Shown: positions 46,957 through 47,951 of the stretch, piece by piece | Numbering within the stretch: the first letter of the stretch is position 1 | How the letters are laid out: each line of letters starts with the position of its first letter | Assembly: GCA_001642005.1 (NCBI GenBank) | Contig: LWCA01000140.1 | Location: 1 to 47,951, forward strand | Reading direction: 5' to 3' | Length of the DNA stretch: 47,951 nt | Source: Intoshia linei | Lineage: Eukaryota > Animalia > Orthonectida | Notes under the pieces: model-generated | Database searches by the model: none | What the model saw: only the letters and a program-made list of their open reading frames with translations | Told to the model about the DNA's origin: nothing | Made by a program: the position numbers and the translations under genes

Positions 46957-47928
46957 ATGGACATTAAAAGCAAAATTGATAGATGCCGTTCCATTATAAT
47001 TGAAAATATAATTATTGATAATAATTTTATTAAAAAAATTGATCAGTTGAAAGTTTTACCTGCTTCGATTATAGAGGATATAAAGGTAAAATAACATTAA
47101 AATATAAAAAACACACTGACCTTAAAAATCGCAGAATCAAGAGTCAAAAATAATAAAAGTGGAAATATTACTGGAAGCTTTAGCAATTCAACATTGTAAT
47201 AAATGGGAGTTATTTTGTAATGCATTACAAATTAGTGGTCAAAAATTTTTAACCTATGTAATTCGCGAAGAAAATGATATAATGGAAGAAAATTGCAAAA
47301 AAATAGTCGAAGATTCAATTAATAAATATACCAATATTGGTAAATACATTTCTTTGCAAGAAAAAAGCAAATTAGCTCGTTGTTTGAGTGAAAAGGTTGC
47401 TATTAAAATTTAAATTTAAAAAAATCATTTTAGATTAAAGCGCAACTTTTATTTGAAATATACAATGGGTGTATTGAAGAAAAAGAAAAAACCATGAAAG
47501 CTCGAGAAATTCACATTTACGATATCATCAAATATATTGATACTATTAGAAATCATGAAAAAAAAATGTGTGATATTTCATATGAGGTTAGTTTGTTTTT
47601 AAAAACCAATTATTTTTCATGGATTCCATTAATTTAAATTATTATTAATATATAAATGTAGGCAAAACAATTACAGAATAAATCTGATCAAACTGAATTA
47701 GAGTTAAAAAATAAAGACGATGAATTGAATGAATTGAGAAGAAACAGCTTTGAAAGGTTAAAAATCAAACACCGTTATCATAAAGCTAATGAAAATCAAT
47801 TGAGTCGTCTGACCAATCGGTTAGGAAGTATTAAAAATTTTGTCCAAAATTTAAATAAAAAAATTTGTGAAACTGTGGCTTCAGAAACTGAAAAACACTA
47901 CCAAGATGCAACTATTAAAAAAGGTTAA
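46957..47928 (+). CDS. N-terminal CARD (death-fold) + coiled-coil protein; probably continues beyond the window
   Basis: Exons: 46957-47085, 47135-47395, 47434-47586, 47662-47924 (G|GT donor) or to TAA 47928. MDIKSKIDRCRSIIIENIIIDNNFIKKIDQLKVLPASIIEDIKNQESKIIKVEILLEALAIQHCNKWELFCNALQISGQKFLTYVI follows the six-helix CARD pattern (…LLD.L…AF..FC.AL...GQ..L). Heptad-rich C-terminal part. Confidence 0.75.
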
Positions 47929-47951
47929 ATCATTATTTAATTTATTTTTTT

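Noticed and set aside
1-47951. Non-standard genetic code or non-canonical splicing
   Set aside because: All assembled genes are open under the standard code with GT-AG introns. In-frame stops occur only in TE relics.

Overview
Very AT-rich eukaryotic (metazoan-type) genomic DNA with spliceosomal GT-AG introns and the standard genetic code. The ORF track mostly shows exon fragments, so I assembled gene models by hand from splice sites, phase continuity and protein-family similarity. Seven protein-coding genes are supported: (1) a divergent PDZ-DH-PH (RhoGEF-like) gene, + ~8332-14547, 5' end not found; (2) an orphan signal-peptide/2-TM gene, + 14652-15267; (3) MARCH6/Doa10 ER-membrane E3 ligase, - 15481-25959, 25 exons, ~867 aa; (4) a Hook dynein adaptor, + 26869-34049, head-to-head with MARCH6; (5,6) two tandem monoglyceride-lipase-like paralogues with identical 8-exon structure; (7) a CARD + coiled-coil gene at the right edge. 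Introns are either tiny (32-50 nt) or inflated by transposons. The dominant repeat is a non-autonomous Helitron-type family (about 18 pieces; A|TC...hairpin-CTAG|T ends; ~132-bp internal tandem units). There are also hAT, piggyBac, Tc1/mariner and possible Kolobok MITEs, two hAT transposase relics and a Ty3/gypsy gag relic. Composition, micro-introns and protein divergence fit a fast-evolving parasitic invertebrate such as an orthonectid; this is inference only. Top leads are the invertebrate CARD-coiled-coil protein, a MARCH6 lacking its near-invariant TD-domain Glu and C-terminal-element Gly/Asn, a possible pseudo-GEF, and an intergenic structured-RNA candidate. I did not find a clearly new multi-gene system.
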